DNA of 64,000 bases, from assembly GCA_963667665.2 (NCBI GenBank), contig OY763927.2, forward strand, positions 864,001 to 928,000. The letters are read 5' to 3'. The stretch comes from Nitrosopumilus sp. (GTDB taxonomy: Archaea; Thermoproteota; Nitrososphaeria; Nitrososphaerales; Nitrosopumilaceae). The translations under genes were made by a program, and so were the position numbers. The notes beneath the pieces were generated by a model that worked only from the letters and a program-made list of their open reading frames with translations, did not search any database and was not told the DNA's origin. How positions within the stretch are numbered: position 1 is the first letter of the stretch; every line of letters begins with the position of its first letter. Below, in pieces: positions 21,155 through 33,851 of the stretch.

Positions 21155-21546
21155 GTTTCAATCTTTATTGTAATAGAAATCTATTCAGAGATCATCCTCT
21201 TCCTTGATCTGTTTTGATACAAACTGTTTCAATCTTTATTGTAATAGAAATCTATTCAGAGGGAGAAGTATGGAAGAATCGAGTGAAGCCATTAGGGTTT
21301 CAATCTTTATTGTAATAGAAATCTATTCAGAGTAGACCAATTTTACCAAAGCAATTGGTAACCATAAAGTTTCAATCTTTATTGTAATAGAAATCTATTC
21401 AGAGACACTTGACTTATTTCCCATTTTATTGTCTGGGAAGTTTCAATCTTTATTGTAATAGAAATCTATTCAGAGAGGAGCAATAGGAAGTCAAGCGTTA
21501 AGAACATTAGGTTTCAATCTTTATTGTAATAGAAATCTATTCAGAG
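21155..21546 (-). CRISPR. CRISPR array: 6 identical 36-bp repeats, 5 spacers (35-36 nt), no adjacent cas genes
   Basis: Repeats start at 21155, 21226, 21297, 21369, 21440 and 21511; reverse complement ends in ATTGAAAC (type I-B/III-like handle). Confidence 0.95.
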
Positions 21547-21647
21547 ACTCAGGTCGTCCTCCTGTATAGATAGTAAGAATATTGTCTTATTCTATATAAT
21601 GATAATTTGGGATCATTTCAAATATTACTAATTTTTGGATATGTTAA

Positions 21648-22524
21648 TGACTAAAAACAATATCAAAATCTTATTGTTTGCATCTTTGATAGCGTAATGA
21701 TTCTACCATTTTCAATGATAGATAATGCAGATGCCAAAACTGATGAAAAATCTGTAAAGGATTTACTTAAAGATGTAAGTAATGAAGCAAAAGAATATGT
21801 CAAACAAGATGAAAAGGATAAATCTAAAGATGAAAAAAAGGATGAATTAAAAATAAAGTATGACAACAAATTAGATAAAGTACGAGAGAAACTTGAAGAG
21901 CAAACTGGTTATATGTTAAATGAAGAACAAACATCCAAATTTAACAACTATGTAATCAATGAAATTATAAAACGTACTGAAATTGAACAGGCATACTTAT
22001 CTAATGACATTCAAGTAACTGAAACTTTAGAAATTGATGGCTTTTGGAATATTATTCCATATGTACAAGCAACAACAAATCAATATCCAATATCAGAATT
22101 TGTTCAACCATTAGTTGATGTAACTGGTGGTTCTGGTTTGAGTGGATTTGTTTACTATAATGTAAATGGTGATAACCAACTAATTGGTGTTGATAAGATA
22201 ATTTCATCCAGTCAAAGTATGACTAGATATGTCTTAGAATGGCAAGATGAAGATGATCCAAATCCAACGCTTGATGCAATATATGACCAATACAGATTAC
22301 AACATTTTGGACGAATTGCTGATGTTGAAACATTTGTAGTTCTTGATGGTCAAATCCAATTTGATGGGATTTGGGATCAAGGAAATGGATATGGCATATC
22401 AGCTCATGGTGATAAAACAAGAACTTGGTCTAATGGTGTAACTATCTATGCCAATACTTGGAATCATGCACTTGACATATATGATAACAATTCAGGATTG
22501 ACGAAATACATTAGGTATTTCTAA
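21648..22524 (+). CDS. Secreted protein, paralog of 19414-20273 (1-nt frameshift in signal peptide)
   Basis: MTKNNIKILLFASLIA then a frame change to MILPFS; DEDDP, GRIADVE, NTWNH. Confidence 0.7.
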
Positions 22525-22541
22525 TCCTTTCTTTTTTTATT

Positions 22542-22853
22542 TTGAATCTAAAGAAAATTTTATTATTTGTACTATTACCACTTCAAGGAATTTTGTTATC
22601 TTTAATAGTACGTGAAATAATTATTATTCCAATTTCAGGTGAGCCTCATTTTCTATTTCAGGTGTGGTTTTTCTTTAATTTTCTTGCAAATACCATTTTT
22701 GGTATATTATACATGCCATTTTTTTTTGAAAGAGATTGGTACCAGTATGATTGGTTTACAATTCCAACATTATCTATATTATCAAATTTGATATTTTGGC
22801 TTCCTATTGCATATGTTTTTCGTAACATATTCTCTAAATCTCATAATTCTTAA
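22542..22853 (+). CDS. Small multi-TM protein
   Basis: Three hydrophobic segments; directly follows the secreted protein. Confidence 0.55.
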   Translation: MNLKKILLFVLLPLQGILLSLIVREIIIIPISGEPHFLFQVWFFFNFLANTIFGILYMPFFFERDWYQYDWFTIPTLSILSNLIFWLPIAYVFRNIFSKSHNS

Positions 22854-22884
22854 TGGTGTATATATTTACATCATTAAGAATTAA

Positions 22885-23190
22885 TCAAATATTAATTCCT
22901 ACAAATTTATCATAATAAAATGCAATACTAATAATTATTAATAATATTGCTATATGTAATGAATGGTTAATTGTAGAGTATTTTATTTTTGAGACTAACA
23001 TCATTGAGAAAAATCCTCCAATTATAACCAATACTAAATTCAATGATGTTAATGTATTATCTAACTCTAAATTTGTATAATCTTCATCAATTGTAAAATC
23101 CTCAAAACTAATTGTAGGTATTAACAATACCATTAAAACTACAGTTAATGAACCTAAATAACCAATTAATAATGGTTTTTGATTTTCCAT
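22885..23190 (-). CDS. Small multi-TM protein
   Basis: Three hydrophobic segments. Confidence 0.55.
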   Translation of the reverse strand: MENQKPLLIGYLGSLTVVLMVLLIPTISFEDFTIDEDYTNLELDNTLTSLNLVLVIIGGFFSMMLVSKIKYSTINHSLHIAILLIIISIAFYYDKFVGINI

Positions 23191-23228
23191 GATTCTATTA
23201 TAAAAAAGAAAAAGAGGGACAATCTGTA

Positions 23229-23699
23229 TTATCTTTTATAAATTATAAAAAAAGAAATACATCCTGCAATAGCCCCGAGTATTATTGCAGTAATTGGTCC
23301 TATTATTGTAAATAATGGAAGTATTATGATTAAACCCAACAGTACAGCAAATAACCAATTGTTGTTTTTTGTTTTAAATACAAACTTACAACATAACCAA
23401 ACCAACAATGAAAAACTAACACTTGAAAAAATTACAATATATGAATTTAACAATATTCCATCAAACACAAAATTACCATCAATATATCTAGTTAAAAATA
23501 AAAAAGGAATTAGAGATAAACTGATTATTAATATTACAGATATTTTTTTATTGGAAAAAAAAAGATGGAAGTCATTGTATGTGCAACGTGCTGTATATTG
23601 TATTTCCAGCTCTTGATGCATCAGAAACACATACTGACCAATAATGGGTTTTTCCAGTGTATGGGAAATTCCATGTATTTTCATCATAACAGCTCTCAA
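23229..23699 (-). CDS. Multi-TM protein (start uncertain, probably near 23570)
   Basis: Four TM segments in the C-terminal part; N-terminal part overlaps the upstream ORF. Confidence 0.45.
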   Translation of the reverse strand: MRAVMMKIHGISHTLEKPIIGQYVFLMHQELEIQYTARCTYNDFHLFFSNKKISVILIISLSLIPFLFLTRYIDGNFVFDGILLNSYIVIFSSVSFSLLVWLCCKFVFKTKNNNWLFAVLLGLIIILPLFTIIGPITAIILGAIAGCISFFIIYKR

Positions 23700-24048
23700 C
23701 CCATGATCCGTGATCGTTTACACTTATCCAACTTTCAGTTGTAACTCCATTGTCATATCCTGAACCGATGAATTTTACTTTGTGATATGGAACAAGGTTA
23801 CCCCACCAACCAACATTATGTATAGTTGATTGTGTTGACCAAGTGCTACCATGGTTCATATGTTGTGATATTGTTGCAGAATTACAAACCAAAAAACCAT
23901 TATGACACCAATATTTGTAATAAAAGTATCCTTGAAAATCAGATGTTTGTGATTTTGTAGTAGATGGTTCTATGTATCTGGCTTCAGACTCCATATTGTT
24001 GTGATTTTCTATCCCAATAGCTTGGGTTCTCTGTGTATTTTTCACCAA
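23572..24048 (-). CDS. Aromatic-rich beta protein, probable C-terminal part of a secreted protein
   Basis: W/Y/C-rich 158 aa ORF without a signal peptide. Confidence 0.5.
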   Translation of the reverse strand: MVKNTQRTQAIGIENHNNMESEARYIEPSTTKSQTSDFQGYFYYKYWCHNGFLVCNSATISQHMNHGSTWSTQSTIHNVGWWGNLVPYHKVKFIGSGYDNGVTTESWISVNDHGSWVESCYDENTWNFPYTGKTHYWSVCVSDASRAGNTIYSTLHIQ

Positions 24049-24271
24049 TCACAAGGCCTACATCAAGAAGATCATCCACCAAATTATCAAATATATCATT
24101 AATTGTTATATATTTCACACTTTCAAATTTACACTCATTAATCATCTTGATGTCTTTAGTGACTATAATCAAATTATTATCTTTGGCAAACTTTACAATC
24201 TCTGGGTCGTCTGCTGTTCTATCTGGGCATTTATCATCCACTACTTTACAATATTCCACACGGTTTTTCAA
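23984..24271 (-). pseudogene. PIN-like (DUF5615/Mut7-C-type) fragment
   Basis: ADDPEIVKFAKDNNLIIVTKD motif; N-terminal acidic motif missing. Confidence 0.5.
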
Positions 24272-24629
24272 AAAGTTGGAAAAAAGGGCGTTTAGTGACG
24301 AGTTTTGACCTGTTTTTGAACAGTCGTCACTAGACTCGTCACTAGAAACTTAAATATGATATACGTATTTTTCCGATAATGTTATATGTATTGTCAGTAA
24401 AACCGTGTTTTAGTTTTCCAAAAGAAGAGATCTTATGCTCGTCTTAATGATAATAGTTCTTTGGAACAATTCCAATCAGGAATTGAGCCGAAAAAGTATG
24501 AGGAAAGGTAAAATGCGAAAAAAGGCCAAAGACCGGATCTATCATAAAAAGTGGGTTGAGATTGGCAAATATGTTGGTAAAATAGCCTATTTTGGTACTT
24601 TTTGGGCTAATATCATGACATGGTGACAT

Positions 24630-24738
24630 AAAGACCGGTCTAAAGACCGGATCCATTCGAAAATCTCAACAAAGACCGGTTTAATGACTGGATCCATTCG
24701 AAAATCTCAACAAAGACCGGATCCAAAGACCGGGTCTA
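24630..24738. repeat. Iteron-like repeat cluster (AAAGACCGG units, 41-bp period)
   Basis: GGATCCATTCGAAAATCTCAACAAAGACCGG at 24649 and 24690; several AAAGACCGG copies, one more at ~24528. Confidence 0.8.
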
Positions 24739-24999
24739 CCAAAAAATGTCAACAAGACACCCTACAAACAGTGCATAAACAATATGTTTCAGGTTCAAAC
24801 GCGATTACGAGATAATCATACTTTTCTCTATTATGTATCCAGATAGCATATACGTATTGAAGACATGTAGAAATTCTCCATCCCAATAACTGTCACACTT
24901 TTCGCCTCAGCAGGATACATCGCGTTAACTGATCTTAGTTGGGATCTTTCCAGGATATCCATACTCATGATTCATTGATTGGATCCCAACCTAAAATGG

Positions 25000-25254
25000 T
25001 CATCTGGTGTCTTGAAAGCATCTTGTGCAGTTTTTCTGCGCCGTGACATCGGTGTTGCAATGCATGCACTGCACCAGCACGGCTCGCATCTGGTTGGGTC
25101 TGAATATCTTCACTGTGTCAGTGTCTATCCGTACTGGTTCTTCCTTATTCCAACAGGAATGACACAGCAGGTGCTCCATGTACATGTAATTGTATAGTAC
25201 GGCATAATCACTTTCATGACTACATCTCTTGAGTTTGGGGATGCAGTCAGTCAA
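25000..25254 (-). CDS. Small Cys-rich Zn-finger protein
   Basis: CSH, CHSC, CMHC, CTRC. Confidence 0.5.
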   Translation of the reverse strand: MTDCIPKLKRCSHESDYAVLYNYMYMEHLLCHSCWNKEEPVRIDTDTVKIFRPNQMRAVLVQCMHCNTDVTAQKNCTRCFQDTR

Positions 25255-25391
25255 AACTTGGGTACAATTCCATCAACTGGCTAAATGTTTCTGAGGATGT
25301 GTGTGTAATTGAGCAATTTTGAATATTGTCGCTAATTTTCACTTTGAGCTCGATCAGTTACCGTGCAGGCATTTCCGTGACAGACAGACAG

Positions 25392-28300
25392 TCAGTCATG
25401 CTCAAGCACGTACTGTAGTGCCAGCATGAACTCGTCGACTGTGACGGTACCCTTTGCGACCAGCACCCCAAGCTCTGTCATCATCCAGTCCGGTATGTCG
25501 GCGCCCTGATGGTCATCAAGACCCAAAAGCTCAAGCAGTTGCTCATCAGTTATGGATTCTGACTCAAAGCCTGACCACATGCGTATGATCTGCAGAATCT
25601 GTGTGTCATCGTAATCATCGGGCCCCAGTATGTCATAGGGTACAGGTTCCGGATCTGCGGCATCATCTGCAAAGTCCGGTGTTACAGGTTCGGGGTCTGC
25701 TGGGAGTACGGAGTCAGGTTCGAGAGGTTCGGGGTCTGCTGCCTGCATGGCAGATTCCGGCGATGCTGCTACCACCTCAAGGGCGTCAATTATCTTGACG
25801 AATAAGGCCTCTCTGTCCGTATTCCACATGTATGCGACCATGTTGGTGGGGCCCATCGGCTCCTCTCCAAACTCTATGGTTATGCGAACGGTCCTCTTTT
25901 CAGGTATCGAGTCGTCCTCCTGTGTTACAGTAACTGTGGCACTGCCGATGTATCCGTGCGGGTCAGTGACACTGGTTGTACCGTCGTCTTTGTACGTGAT
26001 GTATGTGTCGCTGTCCGCATAATTTGTGTTCCTGCCTTGCAAGTTAAGATACAATATAAAGTGTGCAAACTCCTTCTCTGTGTATACGGTAAACGTGATA
26101 TGTACTGGATTGTCCCCTGCCGTGACAGTCTGAGGTATTAATGTGTTTTCATAAGCATCAAGTAGGTAGCCGTAGCCGTTTATCACAAGCGGAAGGTCAA
26201 AGGTATCATCAGGTGTGATAGGTTCCAGCGGGTCAGATGCATCGTGGGATGCGACCTGTTCTGCGATGTGTGGCGGAATATCAACTAGCCTTGACTGTGC
26301 CAGCGCGTTTATGTGCACTATTGATGCCTTGGATGATGGTGATGATGATGATCCTTTCTGAGAGGCGTCCCTTATGGGTTGGGGCTGCACATCCGTTGTC
26401 CGGTCACCGTCAGTGTCTGTTACAGCGCCGTCCTCAACAACAAGATGCGGGCTTTGCAGGGCATCGTACTGATCTTGTTGTTCAGAGTCAAGTGTTGCAG
26501 TTATGGTACGACCCGAGTAATCTGCACCTGTTACGCTTGAGAGCGTAATGCCGCCAGTATCAGGGTTTGCGCTGCTGCGCACGTGCAGCCCGGAATAGTC
26601 GACGGTGGCAATATCTTGGTTGAATGTAATCGTCAGCTGTCCATTGCCGGGGTTGTACGCGGCAGACGATACCGTTATGGGCACATCGCGCACGGTAACA
26701 GTAATGGTATAGGTCTTAGTCGTAGAGTCCTGGGCAGTAACTATTACCGTGACGGTGGTGGGCTCGCCCACAGTCAGGCCGGTGACGATGTGACCGGTGC
26801 CGCTGGTCACAGTGTTGCCGTTGACTGTTATTGCAGCCGAGCTGTCGCTGGCAGTGGGGGTGACTGTCACCTGGGTGACAGAGTTATCCACGCTGGCAGT
26901 GTACGTGATGTCAGAGCTGGAAAACTGCGGGCTCAGCGTGCCAGAACTGATCGTCAGGCCGCCAAGGTCGGCGTTGTCAGAGAGGGCAGCACGTGTAAGG
27001 GTAATGATATAGGTCTTAGTCGTAGAGTCCTGGGCAGTAACTATTACCGTGACGGTGGTGGGCTCGCCCACAGTCAGGCCGGTGAGGATGTGACCGGTGC
27101 CGCTGGTCACGTGTTGTCGTTGACTGTTATTGCAGCCGAGCTGTCGCTGGCAGTGGGGGTGACTGTCACCTGGGTGACAGAGTTATCCACGCTGGCAGTG
27201 TACGTGATGTCAGAGCTGGAAAACTGCGGGCTCAGCGTGCCAGAACTGATCGTCAGGCCGGCAAGGTCGGCGTTGTCAGAGAGGGCAGCACGTGTAAGGG
27301 TAATGATGTAGGTCTTAGTCGTAGAGTCCTGGGCAGTAACTATTACCGTGACGGTGTTGGCTCGCCCACAGTCAGGCCGGTGACGATGTGACCGGTGCCG
27401 CTGGTCACGTGTTGTCGTTGACTGTTATTGCAGCCGAGCTGTCGCTGGCAGTGGGGGTGACTGTCACCTGGGTGACAGAGTTATCCACGCTGGCAGTATA
27501 CGTGATGTCAGAGCTGGAAAACTGCGGGCTCAGCGTGCCAGAACTGATCGTCAGGCTGCCAAGGTCTGCGTTGTCGGAGAGGGCAGCACGTGTAAGGGTA
27601 ATGGTGTAGGTCTTAGTCGTAGAGTCCTGGGCGGTAACTATTACCGTGACGGTGTTAGGCTCGCCCACAGTCAGGCCGGTGACGATGTAGTCATTGCCGC
27701 TGGTCACGTCGTTGCCGTTGACTGTTATTGCAGCCGAGCTGTCGCTGGCAGTGGGGGTGACTGTCACCTGGGTGACAGAGTTATCCACGCTGGCAGTGTA
27801 CGTGATGTCAGAGCTGGAAAACTGCGGGCTCAGCGTGCCAGAACTGATCGTCAGGCCGGCAAGGTCGGCGTTGTCGGAGAGGGCAGCACGTGTAAGGGTA
27901 ATGGTGTAGGTCTTAGTCGTAGAGTCCTGGGCGGTAACTATTACTGTGACGGTGTTAGGCTCGCCCACATTCAGGCCGGTGACGATGTAGTCATTGCCGC
28001 TGGTCACGATGTTGCCGTTGACTGTTATTGCAGCCGAGCTGTCGCTGGCAGTGGGGGTGACTGTCACCTGGGTGACAGAGTTATCCACGCTGGCAGTATA
28101 CGTGATGTCAGAGCTGGAAAACTGCGGGCTCAGCGTGCCAGAACTGATCGTCAGGCTGCCAAGGTCTGCGTTGTCGGAGAGGGCAGCACGTGTAAGGGTA
28201 ATGGTGTAGGTCTTAGTCGTAGAGTCCTGGGCGGTAACTATTACTGTGACGGTGTTAGGCTCGCCCACATTCAGGCCGGTGACGATGTAGTCATTGCCGC

Positions 28301-31300
28301 TGGTCACGTGTTGCCGTTGACTGTTATTGCAGCCGAGCTGTCGCTGGCAGTGGGGGTGACTGTCACCTGGGTGACAGAGTTATCCACGCTGGCAGTATAC
28401 GTGATGTCAGAGCTGGAAAACTGCGGGCTCAGCGTGCCAGAACTGATCGTCAGGCCGGCAAGGTCGGCGTTGTCAGAGAGGGCAGCACGTGTAAGGGTAA
28501 TGATATAGGTCTTAGTCGTAGAGTCCTGGGCAGTAACTATTACCGTGACGGTGGTGGGCTCGCCCACAGTCAGGCCGGTGAGGATGTGACCGGTGCCGCT
28601 GGGCACGATGTTGTCGTTGACTGCTATTGTGGCTGAGCTGTCGCTGGCAGTGGGGGTGACTGTCACCTGGGTGACAGAGTTATCCACGCTGGCAGTGTAC
28701 GTGATGTCAGAGCTGGAAAACTGCGGGCTCAGCGTGCCAGAACTGATCGTCAGGCCGGCAAGGTCGGCGTTGTCAGAGAGGGCAGCACGTGTAAGGGTAA
28801 TGATATAGGTCTTAGTCGTAGAGTCCTGGGCAGTAACTATTACCGTGACGGTGGTGGGCTCGCCCACAGTCAGGCCGGTGACGATGTGACCGGTGCCGCT
28901 GGTCACGATGTTGTCGTTGACTGTTATTGCAGCCGAGCTGTCGCTGGCAGTGGGGGTGACTGTCACCTGGGTGACAGAGTTATCCACGCTGGCAGTGTAC
29001 GTGATGTCAGAGCTGGAAAACTGCGGGCTCAGCGTGCCAGAACTGATCGTCAGGCCGCCAAGGTCTGCGTTGTCGGAGAGGGCAGCACGTGTAAGGGTAA
29101 TGGTATAGGTCTTAGTCGTAGAGTCCTGGGCAGTAACTATTACCGTGACGGTGTTAGGCTCGCCCACAGTCAGGCCGGTGACGATGTAGTCATTGCCGCT
29201 GGTCACGTCGTTGCCGTTGACTGTTATTGCAGCCGAGCTGTCGCTGGCAGTGGGGGTGACTGTCACCTGGGTGACAGAGTTATCCACGCTGGCAGTGTAC
29301 GTGATGTCAGAGCTGGAAAACTGCGGGCTCAGCGTGCCAGAACTGATCGTCAGGCCGCCAAGGTCTGCGTTGTCGGAGAGGGCAGCACGTGTAAGGGTAA
29401 TGGTATAGGTCTTAGTCGTAGAGTCCTGGGCGGTAACTATTACTGTGACGGTGTTAGGCTCGCCCACATTCAGGCCGGTGACGATGTAGTCATTGCCGCT
29501 GGTCACGTCGTTGCCGTTGACTGTTATTGCAGCCGAGCTGTCGCTGGCAGTGGGGGTGACTGTCACCTGGGTGACAGAGTTATCCACGCTGGCAGTATAC
29601 GTGATGTCAGAGCTGGAAAACTGCGGGCTCAGCGTGCCAGAACTGATCGTCAGGCTGCCAAGGTCTGCGTTGTCGGAGAGGGCAGCACGTGTAAGGGTAA
29701 TGGTGTAGGTCTTAGTCGTAGAGTCCTGGGCGGTAACTATTACTGTGACGGTGTTAGGCTCGCCCACAGTCAGGCCGGTGACGATGTAGTCATTGCCGCT
29801 GGTCACGTCGTTGCCGTTGACTGTTATTGCAGCCGAGCTGTCGCTGGCAGTGGGGGTGACTGTCACCTGGGTGACAGAGTTATCCACGCTGGCAGTGTAC
29901 GTGATGTCAGAGCTGGAAAACTGCGGGCTCAGCGTGCCAGAACTGATCGTCAGGCTGCCAAGGTCTGCGTTGTCGGAGAGGGCAGCACGTGTAAGGGTAA
30001 TGGTGTAGGTCTTAGTCGTAGAGTCCTGGGCGGTAACTATTACCGTGACGGTGTTAGGCTCGCCCACAGTCAGGCCGGTGACGATGTAGTCATTGCCGCT
30101 GGGCACGATGTTGCCGTTGACTGTTATTGCAGCCGAGCTGTCGCTGGCAGTGGGGGTGACTGTCACCTGGGTGACAGAGTTATCCACGCTGGCAGTGTAC
30201 GTGATGTCAGAGCTGGAAAACTGCGGGCTCAGCGTGCCAGAACTGATCGTCAGGCTGCCAAGGTCTGCGTTGTCGGAGAGGGCAGCACGTGTAAGGGTAA
30301 TGGTGTAGGTCTTAGTCGTAGAGTCCTGGGCGGTAACTATTACCGTGACGGTGTTAGGCTCGCCCACATTCAGGCCGGTGACGATGTGAGTCGGTGCCGC
30401 TGGGCACGATGTTGCCGTTGACTGTTATTGCAGCCGAGCTGTCGCTGGCAGTGGGGGTGACTGTCACCTGGGTGACAGAGTTATCCACGCTGGCAGTGTA
30501 CGTGATGTCAGAGCTGGAAAACTGCGGGCTCAGCGTGCCAGAACTGATCGTCAGGCTGCCAAGGTCTGCGTTGTCGGAGAGGGCAGCACGTGTAAGGGTA
30601 ATGATGTAGGTCTTAGTCGTAGAGTCCTGGGCGGTAACTATTACTGTGACGGTGTTAGGCTCGCCCACATTCAGGCCGGTGACGATGTGACCGGTGCCGC
30701 TGGTCACGATGTTGTCGTTGACTGTTATTGCAGCCGAGCTGTCGCTGGCAGTGGGGGTGACTGTCACCTGGGTGACAGAGTTATCCACGCTGGCAGTGTA
30801 CACGATGTCAGAGCTGGAAAACTGCGGGCTCAGCGTGCCAGAACTGATCGTCAGGCCGCCAAGGTCTGCGTTGTCAGAGAGAGGTGCGGCACGTGTAAGG
30901 GTAATGGTGTAGGTCTTAGTCGTAGAGTCCTGGGCGGTAACTATTACTGTGACGGTGTTGGTGCCCACATTCAGGCCGGTGACGATGTGACCGGTGCCGC
31001 TGGGCACGATGTTGTCGTTGACTGTTATTGCAGCCGAGCTGTCGCTGGCAGTGGGGGTGACTGTCACCTGGGTGACAGAGTTATCCACGCTGGCAGTGTA
31101 CGTGATGTCAGAGCTGGAAAACTGCGGGCTCAGCGTGCCAGAACTGATCGTCAGGCCGGCAAGGTCGGCGTTGTCGGAGAGGGCAGCACGTGTAAGGGTA
31201 ATGGTGTAGGTCTTAGTCGTAGAGTCCTGGGCGGTAACTATTACTGTGACGGTGTTGGTGCCCACATTCAGGCCGGTGACGATGTGACCGGTGCCGCTGG

Positions 31301-33803
31301 GCACGATGTTGTCGTTGACTGTTATTGCAGCCGAGCTGTCGCTGGCAGTGGGGGTGACTGTCACCTGGGTGACAGAGCTGTCCACGCTGGCAGTGTACGT
31401 GATGTCAGAGCTGGAAAACTGCGGGCTCAGCGTGCCAGAACTGATCGTCAGGCCGGCAAGGTCGGCGTTGTCGGAGAGGGTGGCGGCAGACACACTGACT
31501 TCCAGCATGCGCCAATTGTTTCCGTCCTCAAAGACGTTTGAACCCGAGGCAGTCACATTAACCATATAGGAGGACTTTGTCCCAACTGAAGTCATGTTTA
31601 TCTTGTTGCCGTTCACGATCTCAAAGAAGGCATAATCGTTGTCCCTGCTGATACCGTACGTCGGGTTGTGGTCATTGAGGTAGTCGTTCTGCGCGGAGAT
31701 CTCTGCCACCACCCCCGGCACGTCCGCCCTTGCAATCGAGGTGGCGTTTGCCACGACATACCAGTTCCCGAGGTTCTGGTTGAAGGAGAAGGTACTGATA
31801 AACATGTTGCCCATTTCACTTACCGAGGAGACGTCCCAGTCGTTGAGGGGTTGGTTGAAGACGGTGGCGAAAAAGAACATGCCAGACATGTCGGTGACAG
31901 ACGAGACATCCCAGGAGGAGAGGTCGCCGTTGAAGGATGAGGTGCTGGCGAACATGTATTCCATGTGGGTCACGCTCGAGACGTCCCAGGAGGAGAGGTT
32001 GCCGTTGAAGGATGAGGTGCCGTAGAACATGTATCCCGTGTCGTCGACATCGGACAGGTCCGGCGCGTCGGTTGCGCGGTACACCATATTGGTCGCCCCG
32101 TCAAACGCCCTGTACATGGTGGTCCATCTCGTGTCGCCCCACTGGTCGATCGACTTGAGCTGGAGGACGTTTGGTTTATCGTCCGAGTCGTATATGAAGA
32201 TACTCTTAAGGCCATCATCCAGTACGGTGACGGTGTAGTTTCCGGCGGTGCTGTACGTGTGCGACTGGGAGTCGCTGACATTTGTGCTGTTGGAGCCGTC
32301 ACCCCATAGGATGGAGTACATGCCTTTCATGGGGAGGGTTATGCTCTTGTCGGAGTCGGTGGCAGTCCAAGTGGTGATAAACGGCCGGTGCTCCCCCTTG
32401 ACGGTGACGATGAGCGTCCGGGTGTGGCCTTCCTCTTCGGCGTTAGGCTCGCCCAGTACGGCAGGAGCAGTTATGTCCAGAGGATACATGCCTACAGGTG
32501 GCAGGTTTGTAGAGTTAAGCGAGAGTGTCTTGCCGTCCATGACAAACCTGGTGTCATCTATAGAATATGTGGACACAAGGCCGTCCAGGTAACTGTTCTG
32601 CGCCCTGATGGGAAACATCGCGTTGGCAGTCAGGACGGGAGGGTCCTGCACCACGTACCATTCCCCGAGGTTCTGCGAGAACGCGGTGGCGAAATTGAAC
32701 ATGTCATCCATGTTGGTCACGCGCGAGACGTTCCAGGAGTTGAGAGGCTGGTTGAAGTCGGTGGCGTCTGCGAACATGCCAGACATGTAGGTGACAGACG
32801 AGACATCCCAGTCGTTGAGGGGCTGGTTGAAGGAGGTGGCGACTGCGAACATGTCGTTCATGTTGGTGACAGAGGAGACGTCCCAGGAGTTGAGAGGCTG
32901 GTTGAAGACGGAGGCGTAATAGAACATGCCAGACATGTAGGTGACAGACGAGACATCCCAGTCGTTGAGGGGCTGGTTGAAGGAGTTGGCGACTGCGAAC
33001 ATGTCGTTCATGTTGGTGACAGAGGAGACGTCCCAGGAGGAGAGGTTGCCGTTGAAGTCGTAGGCGAAGATGAACATGTCGGACATGTCAGTCACCTTTG
33101 AGACGTCCCAGGAGGAGAGGTCGCCGTTGAAGGAGGAGGCGCTATCGAACATGTTGGACATGTCAGTCACGCCTGAGAGATCGGGCGCATCACCTGCGTT
33201 GTACACCATGTTGGAGGCGCCGCTAAAGGCGTTCTCCATCGAGGCCCATGAGGCGGTACCCCACTGATCCAGTGAGACCAGTTTGGACGCGTCGGCGGCA
33301 TTGTTCAGGTGAAACCATGTCAGGCCGCCGGTTATCTGGACGGTATAGTCGCCGGCAGTATTGTAGGTGTGGTCAACGGGTGTCGAGACGCCGGCGGTGG
33401 TGTTGCCGTCGCCCCAATTAATGGTGATGTCGGTTCCTACTAGCGGGAGGGTTATCGACTCGTCTGCAGAAGTCGTCCTCCACGTGGTCACAAACGCCCC
33501 GGCGGTCAGAGACGTGCTGTCTGGAGTCTGCGCAAACGCGTATCCTGACTGTGACGCAGACAAGTCCGGAATTGACCAAGTGTTACCGGTCAGATGGTAC
33601 GGTGCGGGGTCTGATGCAACTATTTGTCCCGGCTTGACTGTGTGTTGCACCTCTGCGCCACCCCCCACCCCAATCACCATGAGCGATACGGCAAATACGG
33701 CTACCAGCAGGAATATCTTTTCGTGGCGGCACCTGCAGGCTGTGCGGGACGAACCGCTGGACAAATATCGAAAAGGGGCACTAAAATTGTAATTAAAGGT
33801 CAC
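25392..33803 (-). CDS. Giant surface adhesin: PKD-like + DUF285 (BspA-type) repeats + 16 cadherin-like beta-sandwich repeats + thaumarchaeal C-terminal anchor-like domain (four frameshifts)
   Basis: WDVSSVTNMxxMF repeats, WGDG PKD motifs, SDNADLxxLTISSGTLSPQF repeats, IPDWMMTELG..DEF C-terminus; ORF pieces join across ~30389, 28307, 27408 and 27110. Confidence 0.85.
26690..31480. repeat. ~16 near-identical 300-bp tandem repeats (100-aa cadherin-like domains)
   Basis: Unit GAGCTGTCGCTGGCAGTGGGGGTGACTGTCACC... recurs every ~300 bp. Confidence 0.95.
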
Positions 33804-33851
33804 TGTCCTTATTTATACCATTAAGTATTTATATTTGCCTTTATAGTTCTG

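Noticed and set aside
21155-21546. TIGR array rather than CRISPR
   Set aside because: Spacers are single, fully variable 35-36-mers with no internal conserved loop or box C/D motifs, and the repeat has the CRISPR ATTGAAAC end
293-24271. Integron-like cassette array
   Set aside because: I could not find a recurring attC-like site between the small genes
27105-30395. Programmed frameshifting or phase variation in the adhesin
   Set aside because: Three deletions fall at the same variable site (GTCACGTGTTG versus GAT/AGT/GTC variants), and the 30389 insertion is a hybrid of two repeat variants. This is the signature of consensus errors in near-identical repeats; raw reads would settle it.
26583-33792. 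Many plus-strand ORFs (71-511 aa) over the adhesin
   Set aside because: Antisense shadows of a GC-rich repetitive gene
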